From: Octopus sinensis
Lineage: Eukaryota
NCBI RefSeq assembly: GCF_006345805.1
Contig: NC_043000.1
Span: 80,662,001 to 80,726,000, forward strand
Direction: 5' to 3'
Length of the DNA stretch: 64,000 nucleotides
Below are positions 48,857 through 60,559 of the stretch, piece after piece. The translations under genes and the position numbers were made by a program. The notes beneath the pieces were generated by a model. The model did no database searches. It worked only from the letters and a program-made list of their open reading frames with translations, and was not told the origin of the DNA. The first letter of the stretch is position 1. Every line of letters begins with the position of its first letter.

Positions 48857-50090
48857 ATTTCAATTCAATTCAATTTTTATTGGCTCGAAATGCAAAAGCA
48901 AGGCCATGTAGGGGGACAGGGAGTTATGTACAGGGAGGGTGGTCATACAAAGAGTTCAGGCCATTTTTGGTCAAGAGAGACTTTGAACCGAGCGGTCGTC
49001 GGCATCTTCACTATCTCGTCTGGCAGCTTATTCCACGGATCCGCAACCCGGACGAAGAAAGCCCCTCTCCTTCGATTGAGATGAAATCATCGTAGATAGA
49101 GCTTTTCAGAGTGACCCCGCAGCCCATGCTCCGGAGGAGGAGTGAAGAACAGCTCTTTGGAGAGGTTACACTTTCCGCTTATGATGTTGTGAGCGAGAAT
49201 GAGATCACCACGGTGTCATTGTTTTTCGAGAGAATAAAGGTTGAGCGTCTTCAGCCTTTCTTCATAAGACAAATGCTTGAGACCAAGAACCATGGGGGTA
49301 GCCAGCTTCTCGACTCTTTCGAGATGATGTATGTCTTTGAGTAGATAAGGAGAAGAGGCTTGAATCCTGTACTCCAATATGGGTCTCACCAGCGTGACAT
49401 AGAGCAGTAAGAATATGGCTGCTGTGAGCATTCCAAATGACTGTTGAATCAAAATCAGAATTCCACATGCTTTGTTGGTAGCATGGACGCATTGGGCCGA
49501 AGGCAAAATGGAAGAATCCACCAAGATACCAGGTCCTTTACTTGGTCAGTCTTCTCCAGCAGAAGGCGACCCAGCTCGAAATCAAGTTGAGTTGCAGGAG
49601 AGGAGCCAACAGGCAGATGACAGCACTTTGACATGTTCAGACACAGGTTCCATTCGTTTGACCATCTCCAAATTTGGTGGAGGCATCGACGAAGATCATC
49701 TATATCACTGCATGGAGCGACCAGTTTGACATCGTTGGCAAATAGAAGGGTATGTTGCGTGAGATTCATCGGGCAAGTCATTGATGAAGACTAAAAACAA
49801 CAACGGCCCAAGCACTGAACCTTGAGGCATGCTACTGCTCGCACTGGAGACGGCAGACAGTGACCCATTAACTTGGACTTGGAAGGAGCGATCTGAGAGG
49901 AAGGCACCAACCCATCGTACAATATCCGGATGGAAGCGATATGCTTGAAGCTTGACAAGTAATATGCGGTGGTTAACCGAGTCAAAAGCTTTGGCAAAGT
50001 CCAATAAAACAATGTCAACAGCATCACCATCATCCAGGTTACGCGTCACCAATTCTTCCATTCCCAGGAAGAAGTGGCAGGAACAGTAGC
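48857..50090 (-). mobile_element. 5'-truncated CR1-clade LINE (RT) with (AATTG)n tail
   Basis: VDIVLLDFAKAFDSVNH..PQGSVLGPLLFLVFINDLP; LLFANDVKL; LYVTLVRPILEY; LSYEERLKTLNLYSLE. Confidence 0.9.
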
Positions 50091-50094
50091 AAAA

Positions 50095-50280
50095 TATCTT
50101 CAAGTAATACAACACAGACATTTAAATGGAAAGGGGTTTTCTAAGGATGTAGGCGATCTTTGTCTGCACAAACTTTTGGATTTCTCTGAAACATTGTTCT
50201 CTTGGGATATTATCTAGATATTTCTGACATCCCTTTTTTATAATACCAAGGGCACCTACAATAACAGGAACAGTTCTCTC
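50095..50280 (-). mobile_element. R4/Dong-like (restriction-like endonuclease) LINE C-terminal fragment
   Basis: TVPVIVGALGIIKKG..REIQKFVQTKIAYILRKPLSI*; 5' side abuts (AAT/AAC)n. Confidence 0.7.
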
Positions 50281-50330
<50 letters not shown>

Positions 50331-50334
50331 CATT

Positions 50335-50410
<76 letters not shown>
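50281..50410. repeat. Compound (TTA)n-(TTG)n-(TTA)n microsatellite
   Basis: Direct inspection. Confidence 0.95.
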
Positions 50411-50426
<16 letters not shown>

Positions 50427-50945
50427 CATAAGTAAGTGAGAGAATAGTGTATGCCATCAAAGTGACACTGGTGTAAAATATACGAAGCCTTGTATACCCA
50501 TCATGACTACTCATCTGATAAGGGTACCCCAGGCACATGCATCACAATCATGTGTGCATGACATGGTGATCTCATATCAAAATGAACCATGCATGACCAA
50601 TTAGAATTTTCTTCAGGTTGAGTAGCCCATCCAGGTCGAACGGTCCTTGAATAAGGTTTGTTTAAGTATGGTGAACAAAACACCCATATTTCCAGAGGTG
50701 AATAATTCAAACTCCAAAGAATTTCTCTCAAACGCATGGCTATGATGCTCCCCCATTACTTCAGCTTGTGATCAGGGATGCACATATCGTCAGCCACCAA
50801 AGGACATGCTCAACTGGTTAAGGTCAAACAACTGACAAGCAAATCTGAGGTATTGAGCAGAATGTTTGCTGTAGCCCATCTTTTATATCAAAACAAAACA
50901 ATGTACACAATAACACATCCAATCAGTAAGATCAGAAGCCATGAG
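50410..50945. mobile_element. Unclassified dispersed non-coding repeat
   Basis: Non-coding; end motif aatcagt.a.gatcagaagc also seen at about 48650; family identity from recollection only. Confidence 0.3.
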
Positions 50946-51014
50946 AGTCAGTGAGTGGTACTTTATTATTATTATTATTAATATTGTTGTTGTTGTTGTT
51001 GGCATTATTATTAT

Positions 51015-52446
51015 TTTTCATTTAATGTCCATTGTACATGATGGCATGAGTTGGACAGTTTGACCAGGGCTGGTAAACTGAGGGGCTACACCAAGCCCCA
51101 GTCTAATTTGGCATGGTTTCTACAGCTGGATGCCCTTCCTAACAGTAATCACTCTGAATGTGTGAAGGGAGCTTTTATGTGCACAGGTGCCAGTTGTGTA
51201 ACACCAGTATCTGCCATGACTACAATTTTACTTGGCTTCATGGGTCTTCTACTCAAGCACAGCCAAAGGTCAAGGTCATTTTTCATTGCTTCTGAGAGGC
51301 TCCACACTCAAAGGGTGCTTTTTACACAGCACCAACATCACCCACATTACCTCCATGGCATGGGTGCCAGTTATGTGACACCAGCATTGGTCATGATTAC
51401 ACTCTCACTTGGCTTGATGAGTCTTCTCAAGCATGGCATATCACCAAAGATCTTGGTCACTATTCAATGCCTCAGTGAGACCCAACGTTTGAAGGTCATG
51501 CTTCACCACTTTGTTCCATGTCTTCCAGGGACCACCTCTTCCACAGGTTCCCTCCCCAGTTAGAAATCAGCACCGCTTTACACAGCTGTCCGCATCCATA
51601 TGCATCACCTGACTATACCAGTGCAGTCTTTTTTGCACACCACATCTGTTGCCTCTTTTGCCTAACTTTTCTCTCAAGATACTTACATCCAACGGAACAT
51701 ACTAGCTTCATTTCATTCAAGCCTATGCATTTTCTCATCAGTCACAGCCCATGTTTCACTGCCATGTAGCACAGCTGTTCACACACTGGCAACATATAGT
51801 CTGCCTTTCACTCTGAGGAAGGGGCCCTTTGTTACCAACAGTGGTAGGAGCTCTCTGAACTTTGCCCTGCCTATTCTTATTCTTGCAGTTATGCTCTCAG
51901 AGCATCCACCTCCACCATTGACTTGGTCACCTAGATAATGGAAGTTATCAACTACCTCTAGCTTAGCCACCTGGCATTTGATGGAGTCTATTTTCTATAC
52001 ATTTTTAGTGTTTTTTGTACCTGTGCACCTTCCACACACAAAAAGTATTTTCCCAGTTAACCTTCCTCTGATATTGTTGCACCTCTTATGTGGCCATAGC
52101 TTGCACTGAGTACATCTTATGGAGTTTCTATCTACACCTTTTCTACAGATTGAGCAGCGCCATCTACCAGAAAGGATTTGTGATTTGTCTCCTTTCCCTA
52201 CTTACTAAAACTTTGGTTTTTGCTAGCTTGACTCTAAGGCCCTTCAATTCTAGACCTTGCTTCCACACTTGAAATCTCTTCTGTAGTGTCGGTAGTGATT
52301 CAGCTATTAGAACAAGTTCATCAGCATAGAGGAGCTCCTATGGACAGCCTGTCTTAAATTCCTCTGTTATTGCCTGGAGGACTATAATGAACAGAAGGGG
52401 GCTGAGGACTGATCCTTAGTAAACCCCTTCTTGTACCCTGAATTCA
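51015..52446 (-). mobile_element. Diverged 5'-truncated RTE/RTEX LINE
   Basis: KLEVVDNFHYLGDQVNGGGGCSESITARIRIG; ELLYADEL; 3' UTR toward 51015. Confidence 0.88.
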
Positions 52447-52623
52447 TCACTATGTTCAAACTAGTTAGATCTAGCCTTTCACACCTACCCTACAATATCA
52501 TTCTAAAACTATACAATCAGATCAATAAAATCTCAAAGCTATGAGATATTGCATGATTAATTTAAAACAATGTGCATAAATAAGTATTGCATTTGACATA
52601 ATGATTACAGTGCTAAAGGGTTA
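52447..52623. mobile_element. Partial MITE ending TGCTAAAGGG|TTAA (piggyBac-like terminus)
   Basis: Right terminus with TTAA; left end replaced by the RTE copy. Confidence 0.45.
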
Positions 52624-53054
52624 AGAATATGTAACAGATGGAATACCAGTCTATGAAGATTTTCTTGGAAAAGTTGTGGATGGACCATATGTCACGGTGG
52701 AAAATGTGACCAAGTTTCACTAAGAATTCATAGACAGAACTTTTTGGAACTCGCAAAATTTCTGAAAGCTTCGAAGGTTTTTCAGAACTATTTGCTTCTT
52801 CTATGCTTAAATCCCCATGTTTGAATTTTACAAACTATCTCTGGACCATTGATTGTCACCTACTGCACCTTCACTATGCACTTCACAAATGGTTTTAGAT
52901 GTCTCTGTAGTATTTTCACCCTTTTCAAAGAAGAGCATAACATGCTGAAAATACAACTACTTGTTATCATTTTTTGATTGATATAAGGGCTGACAAAAGT
53001 AAGAGATATACTGATTTTTTTTTTTTTTTTGGTGTGAGACATAACTAGAGAAAT

Positions 53055-54627
53055 AACTAGGAGAAATAATTAGCCAAAGATAAGCCCCTGTACCTGGCTT
53101 TCGTTGACATGGAGAAAGCCTTCGAAAGGGTCCCCCAATCCCTTATCTGGTGGTCAATGAGGAAACTAGGGATAGATGAATGGTTAGTGAGAGCTGTGCA
53201 AGCCATGTACAGGGATGCTGCTAGTAAGGTGAGAGTTGGCAACAAGTACAGTGAAGAATTCCAGGTAGAGGTAGGGATCTACCAAGGTTCAGTCCTCAGC
53301 CCCCTCCTATTTATCATAGTCCTCCAGGCAATAACGGAGGAATTCAAGACAGGATACCCCTGAGAGCTCCTCTATGCTGATGACCTTGCTCTAATTGCTG
53401 AGTCACTATCAGAACTGGAGGAGAAGTTTCAGGTGTGGAAGCAAGGATTAGAATCGAAGGGCCTTAGAGTCAACCTAGCTAAAACCAAAGTCCTAATAAG
53501 TAGGAAGGTAGACAAGTCACAAGCGCCTTCAGGTAGATGGCCCTGCTTGATCTGTAGAAAAGGCGTAGATAGAAACTCTATAAGGTGCACCAAGTGTAAG
53601 CTATGGACACATAAGAGGTGCAGCAACGTCAAGGGAAGGCTAACTGGGAAGATAGTTTTTGTATGTGGCAGATGCTCAGGAGCAATAAACACTGAATATG
53701 TGCAGAGACCAACTTCCGCCACATTCCAGGGAGAAAAACTAGAAATAGTTGATAGCTTCCGTTACCTAGGTGACCAAGTCAGTAGCAGGGGCGGGTTTGT
53801 TGAAAGTGTAACTACTAGAATAAGAATAACCTGGGCAAAGTTCAGAGGCTCAAAAGGCCTCTCGCTCAGAGTAAAAGGCAGACTGTATGACGCATGCGTA
53901 CGAACAGCCATGCTACATGACTGTGAAACATGGGCCGTGACTGCTGAGGATATGCATAAGCTCACAAGGAATGAAGCCAGTATGCTCTGATGGATGTGTA
54001 ATGTCAGTGTTCATACTTGACGGAGTGTAAGTACCCTGAGAGAAAAGTTGGGCCTAAGAAGCATCAGTTGTGGTGTGCAAGAGAGACGTTTGCACTGATA
54101 TGGTCATGTGGTGAGAATGGATGAAGATAGTTGTGTGAAAAAGTCCCACACCCTAGCGGTTGAGGGGGGGCGAGGTGGTGAAGCATGACCTTCGAACTTT
54201 AGGTCTCACCGAGGAAATGACTAGAGACCGAGACCTTTGGAAGTATGCTGTGCACAAGAAGACCCAGCAGGACAAGTGAGACCATAACCCGTGGCCTCTA
54301 CCTGGGATGTAGCCAGTCCACATATGCATACCTTTCCTTCTTGGGACACAAAACTCTACTTGTGAAGACCTGTTGAGGCAAGTGAAAATCAAAATCGAAA
54401 TCGATCAACATCAATGGAAATTGTAGCTGTGATATCAGTGCCGGTGGCATGTAAAAAGCACCCACTACACTCATGGAGTGGTTGGCGTTAGGAAGGGCAT
54501 CCAGCCGTAGAAACATTGCCAGATCAGACTGGGCCTGGTGTTGCCTTCTGGCTTCCCAGACCCCAGTTGAACCATCCAACCCATGCCAGCATGGAAAGCG
54601 GACGCTAAACGATGATGATGATGATGA

Positions 54628-54630
<3 letters not shown>
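53055..54630 (+). mobile_element. 5'-truncated RTE/RTEX LINE with 3' UTR and (GAT)n tail
   Basis: AFVDMEKAFERVP..YQGSVLSPLLF..LLYADDLAL; intact C4HC3 finger at 53544-53675; short deletions near 53845 and 54165. Confidence 0.92.
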
Positions 54631-54667
<37 letters not shown>

Positions 54668-54709
54668 TATATATATGTATATATATGTATATATATATAT
54701 ATTATATAT

Positions 54710-54767
<58 letters not shown>

Positions 54768-54794
54768 TATATATACATACATATATATATACAT

Positions 54795-55300
54795 GCATGT
54801 ATGGGTACAGAACGTCACCAGTGGTGCAAATAACATGAAATACGTAAACAACGAGAAACAAATGGAAAACAGGACAAGTAAACACAGAGAAAGGACCCTT
54901 CATCAGTTGTTGGCTGTTTTTCTACCCCTCATTTCAAGCATTCAAAGACATTTGCTTCCATAAATTCTAAAATGAAATTTTGGATTTATGGGGGATCAAA
55001 GTTGGGAACAAAAACACGACAGTGGAGTCATACAGGAAAACTGAATGAAAACAAACATGGAGGGTCGTTAGTCCAGAATGAGAGGAAAATAGTGAATGCT
55101 GGGAGAAATATTTATCTTGAAAAGAGAAAATATAGAAGAGAGAGAGAAAAACATATCTACTCTTTTGAACATCTGTGCAGGAAAAGAAGATAGTCACGTT
55201 AGAAAAAAGAAGATGGACGATGGTCACGTGTGAGCGACGAGAGAGAGAGGGAGAAAGAGAGACAGATAGAAAACAGTGAAAGAGGGAGGGGGAGAAATTT
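54795..55300 (-). mobile_element. Probable non-autonomous Penelope-related repeat between TA tracts
   Basis: Non-coding; carries ctgatgaaggg on minus strand; family assignment uncertain. Confidence 0.3.
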
Positions 55301-55417
55301 CTTATATATATATACATTTATGTATGTACGTATGTATGGATGGATGTGTGTGTGGTTTAAATGGTGTAAAGAGATACAGAATAAAATTCATGTTGACTAA
55401 GATTTTAAGTGTCACTG

Positions 55418-55452
55418 ACAGCTTATTCAACCAATCTGGTTGAATAAGCTGT
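55418..55452. other. Perfect hairpin, 16-bp stem and 3-nt loop
   Basis: acagcttattcaacca-atc-tggttgaataagctgt. Confidence 0.95.
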
Positions 55453-55719
55453 ACGTACATACGTACGTTAGGAAATATTTACATAAATAGTAAGAAATGT
55501 TCATACAGGCGCATACACATAAGCATCAAACACACACACTCACACATGCACGCACAAGCACACACATACACACACACACTTACAGTTACTGGTGATTCAG
55601 CAACTATCTGTCAGTGCTTGATCTGTTATCATCACTGTTAAAGAAGGAAAGGAATCATTTAATATAAAATATATCAGTGATAGACCATGGCAAGTAGAGC
55701 AATTACAACAGTGAGTACT

Positions 55720-56734
55720 GCTCTGTGTAGGTGGTGTGTGTGTGTCTGTGTGTATATGTGTTTATTGTGTGTGTTCATGTCTCTGCATATGTGTCTGTAT
55801 GTGTTGGTGTGTGCAGTTGTATGAGTGTGTGCATGTAGATGTGACTGTGTGTGTATGTGTGTGTGTTTGTGGATGTGTGCAAGCCTATGTATGACTGAGA
55901 TGTATGTATGTATTGCGCATATATGTGCATGTTTATGTGAGAGCATGTGTTTAATGTGTATGTCTGTGTGCATATGTGTATGTATGTGATTGTGTTTATG
56001 TACATGTGAGTGTGTCTGAAAGTATGTATGTGTATGTGAGTGTATACATCTTTAATGTGTTTGCATGTGTGTTGGTGTGCATATGCACATACAAGTGTGT
56101 GTACATGTACATGTGAATGTGTCTGCATGTTTGTGTGTGTATGTGCATTTGTGGATGTGTGCAAGGATGTTTATGTTTGAGGTGGTGTATGTATTATTTA
56201 TACATATGTGTATGTCAGTGTGTATCTATATGTCTCTGTGCATATATGTATGTATGTGAGTGTGTGCATGTACAAGTGAGTGTGCTTGTATTTGTGTACA
56301 AGTAAGTGTATGTGTGTCTGAGATAGTGTGTGTATTCTGTATATGTGTGTGTATGTGCATACATGTTTAATGTGTGTGCCTGTGTGTGTTGATGTGTGTA
56401 TGTGTGTGTATGCATGCCTGTGTCTATGCTTGGACATGAGTGCCGTGTGTGTGTGAAACAGTGCATATTTGTATGTGTCTAAATGTATGATGTGTGCAAG
56501 TTTGTATGTGTATGTGTGTATGTGTGTTGTATGTGTGTGAGTGTCTCTGCACTTGTGTTTCAGTCCATGTATGTCTGTTACATGTGTGGATGTGTCTATG
56601 TATATGTATGTGTGTATGCGTTTGTGTATGTGTCTATGTATGTGTGTGGATGTTGTCTGTTAGTGTGTGTTTGTGAGTCTGTATGTGTTTATGTATGTGT
56701 CTGTGATTCTGTTTAAATATGTCTGCATATGTGT

Positions 56735-56767
<33 letters not shown>

Positions 56768-57140
56768 AGCGTGTGTGTGTGTATGTGTGTAGATTTGTGT
56801 TATGTTTGTATGTGTATGCTTGCACATTTGCAAATGTACTGGAAATGTGTAAGTCTGCATCTGTGTATATGTCTGTGTATACATCTGTGTATATGTCTGT
56901 GTGTGTGTGTGTACATATGTGTCTATCTATCTATCTATCTATCTATATATATATATATATAATATATATATACATCTTTATGTTTGTATATGTGTGCATG
57001 TCAGTGTGTATTTCTGCAATTGTGTATGTATATTTGTATGCTTGTGTTGGTGTGCTTGTGTGCACTTATATAAATGCATACACGTTTGTTTATGTGTATG
57101 TATTTTCGGGTGTATTGTGTATGTATGTAACATGTGCACT
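55720..57140. repeat. About 1.4-kb degenerate TG-rich low-complexity tract flanked by CA-rich patches
   Basis: Direct inspection; source of many Cys/Val and His/Thr pseudo-ORFs. Confidence 0.9.
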
Positions 57141-57752
57141 TGTGCATCTTTCTATGAGCATCTGCGTTTCAGCATAAATCCTTGCTATTTGATTTTAAGT
57201 TGCCAAGCAACAGCAAATTATGACAACATTTAAACACACTCTCACACATACATATATATACACAAACACACATATACACATGGACATTTATAAATGTATA
57301 TGCACATACACCTGCATATATTTGCACAATATTGCTGTATTAGCTATATACATCTGGTCATGTGCAACTATCAAACTAGACATATAGTACACACAAACAT
57401 ACATATGCATAAATGTTTGCATGAGTGTGAGTGTATGTGTGTAAATGTGTGGTGCAGAAATATCAATGTCATTTAAAAGTTTACTTCACAATTTCATGGT
57501 TGAAGGTTCAGTCTCACTGCATGGTAGTTTCGACAATTGCCTTTAATTGTAGCCTCACTTTGACCAATGCCATAGGAGTGGAAATTGTTAAATGAAAAAC
57601 TGTAAAATCTGCTGTATTTAACAAAAGTGTACATACATACATATACTTATATATAGTCAATTAAAATAAAGGTACAATAAAATTAACAATAAGGGACAAC
57701 AAGAGGATATGCACAAGAAATGTATTAGTTTGATGCTCAGTGTAAAGAGAGA

Positions 57753-57787
57753 TTTTGACGTTTCGAGCATAGCCCTTCATCAGAAAA
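57753..57787 (-). ncRNA. Minimal hammerhead ribozyme motif within a Penelope-like terminal fragment (about 57655-57830)
   Basis: Minus strand tttt-CTGATGA-A-GGGC-tat-GCTC-GAAA-CG-TC-aaaa: 4-bp stem I, 4-bp stem II, palindromic ACGT stem III, GUC cleavage triplet. Confidence 0.8.
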
Positions 57788-58019
57788 GTTCAAAGAAGGA
57801 AAAAAAATTACCAACAGCATATCTGTAGCGACATATATATAATTAACACTAGGATAAGAAAGTCAATATACATTTTATATTCTTTGTGTGAAAAATCCTA
57901 GATGTTGCATTTTATTTTAATTTTTAATTCATCTGGAGAAAACTTTTTTTATACAATCTAATTGATTTGTTCTTCAATAAAGTACACTTTTGAAACAACT
58001 GTAGGGAACCTCAGCCCAT

Positions 58020-58169
58020 CTGTGTTATAAGATGCTTGCTTCCCAACCACATCATTCCAGGTCCAGTTCCACCGTGTGGCACTTGAGCAACTGTCTTCTA
58101 CTATAGCCTCAGGCAGACACAAGCCTTGAGTGGATTTGGTAGATAGAAAGTGAAAGAAGCCTGTTGTCC

Positions 58170-58209
<40 letters not shown>

Positions 58210-58390
58210 TTATACACACACACACACATACATATATACATATATATACATACATACACATACATGTGTGTGTATATATATATATGTATATATACACACA
58301 CACACACACATACATATATTACATACATATATATATGTATCTATATATACGTACATATATATGTATGTATATATGAGTGTGTATGTATAT

Positions 58391-58468
<78 letters not shown>

Positions 58469-58738
58469 TACACATACACATATATATATATATATACATG
58501 CATATAAATATATATGTATGTGTGTCTCTGTGTCTGCGTTTATCCCTCCACTACTGCTTGACAACCAGTGTTGGTGTTTACATCCCTATAACTTAGCAGT
58601 TCAGCAAAAGAGAATAATAGAATAAGTACTAGGCTTAAAGATAACTCCTGGGGTTGATTAGTTCAACTAAAACCCTTCAAGGGAGTGCTACAGCATCGCT
58701 GTAGTCAAATGACTGAAACAAGTAAAATAATAAAAGAA
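58020..58738 (+). mobile_element. Major SINE with greatly expanded internal microsatellite
   Basis: Head 58020-58150, about 370 bp of (CT)/(TA)/(CA)/(GATA) repeats, body and tail 58520-58738. Confidence 0.88.
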
Positions 58739-60559
58739 TACATACATACATACATACATACATACATACATACATACACGCATTCATACATACATATGTA
58801 TGCATGTATGCATGTATGTATATATATATATCTATCACTGTCACCATTTAACATCCATTTTTTATGCTGGTATAGGTTGGATAGTTGAAAGGAGTCAAGG
58901 AGCCAGAGTACAGTATTGTACTCCAAAATCTGCATTAGTACGCTTTCTATGGCTAGATGCCCTTCCAAACACCATCCACTTTACAGAGTGTACTGGGTGC
59001 TTTTTGGTATGATACTGGCACTAGTGAGGTTACCAAGTATCTCACAAGGGAAGAATCTCTCTAGTGAGGGATGTAGTATTGAAGGAGGTGACTTTATACC
59101 AGGTGTTGGGAGTTTAAAGTATGATATCTGGGCAAGGACAGGTGCCTTTTTTGCAGTAGAAGAGATATATGGCTAACCAAGCTGGAGAAGGGAGAAAATG
59201 ATGAAGATGTGCCAGGATGTATGTACCCTCAAGTTACAAGAACATGGTACAGAAGATTGAATAAATGGAGTGGGTATGTTAGTAAGCTCACAAGAATGTA
59301 AGAGCTTTAGATGGACAGTGATGGAGATAGCAGGGGAATGCAGTGAATAGTGAAGACATGGTCAATTATGAATATCGGTTGAGGAAATAGGAGTGGTTCA
59401 AAGAAGTGGCAGCACAGATGGTGCAAAGTTTGTGTGATGAAGCAGGATGCAAAAGAGATGCACAGTGCTAGGCACAATGTCAGAAGTACATAGAGGTAGG
59501 AATAGTGGGAGATGAACACAGGTAGTTGATGGAGGTGCTAGTATTGACAAAATGTGAGTGTGTAGATGGGAGAAGTGGAAGCGAAAGGGGTGTTTTGTAG
59601 AAAATAAGGGGGTAAGGAATAATACTGAAAATGTATGAGACTAAAAAACAATTCCAGGGAGGGTAAGTGGCAGGAGTATGAAATATGCACAATCCTGCTC
59701 TCATAATCACAACAGCTGAGTGAATAGAGCCATAGTCAGAAGAGTGATGGAGGGTTCAATTTAAGGCAGATGAATTACAGGTGAGGCATGCATGGCTTAG
59801 TGGTTAGGGTTTGAATCTCAATCATAAGGCTATGAGTTTGATTCCCGGCAGCACATTGTATCCTTGAACAATACACTTTATTTTCATGTTGCTCCAGTTC
59901 ACTCAGCTGGCAAAAATGTGTAGTATCTGTATTTCAAAGGAACAGCCTTGTTACATTTTGTGCCATGCTGAATCTCCTTAAGAACTACTTTAAGGGTACA
60001 TGTGTCTGTAGAATGCTCAGCCACTTGCAAATTAATTTCATGAGCAGGCTGTTCCATTGATCAGATCAATGCGAACACTTATCATCATAAGTGACAGAAT
60101 GCAAGAGAGAGAGAGAACATCAAGGACAGACTGGATACAGGAGCATGACCCCAATAAAGGTTGAAAATCAATTAAGGCTGTCAATAATTTTTCTTCTACA
60201 GTTAATTAGATTCGATATGTCTACTATATATTGTTTACATAATTATATTACATCTTGATACTGTGTGAACTGGAACCCCCACTGACAGGTTGCTTATATT
60301 TAATAAAATGTGTTAAGGTGGCAAACTATTGGAAACATTAGCATACCAGGCAAAAAGCTTAGTGGCATTTAGTCAGTCTGAATGTTCTGAGTTCAAATTC
60401 CATCAAGGTCCACGTTACCTTTCATCTTTGCGGGGTCAATAAGTACCAGTCAAAAACTGGGCTTGATGCAATTGACCTGCCCCCTTCTTTGTAATTGCTG
60501 GCCTTGTGCCAAAATTTGAAACCGATATTAAATGAAGTGTTAAACATTTATAGCATGCA

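Noticed and set aside
54890-54945. Permuted hammerhead on minus (GCTT-GAAA..TA..CTGATGA-A-GGG)
   Set aside because: Stem I cannot form and stem III is marginal.
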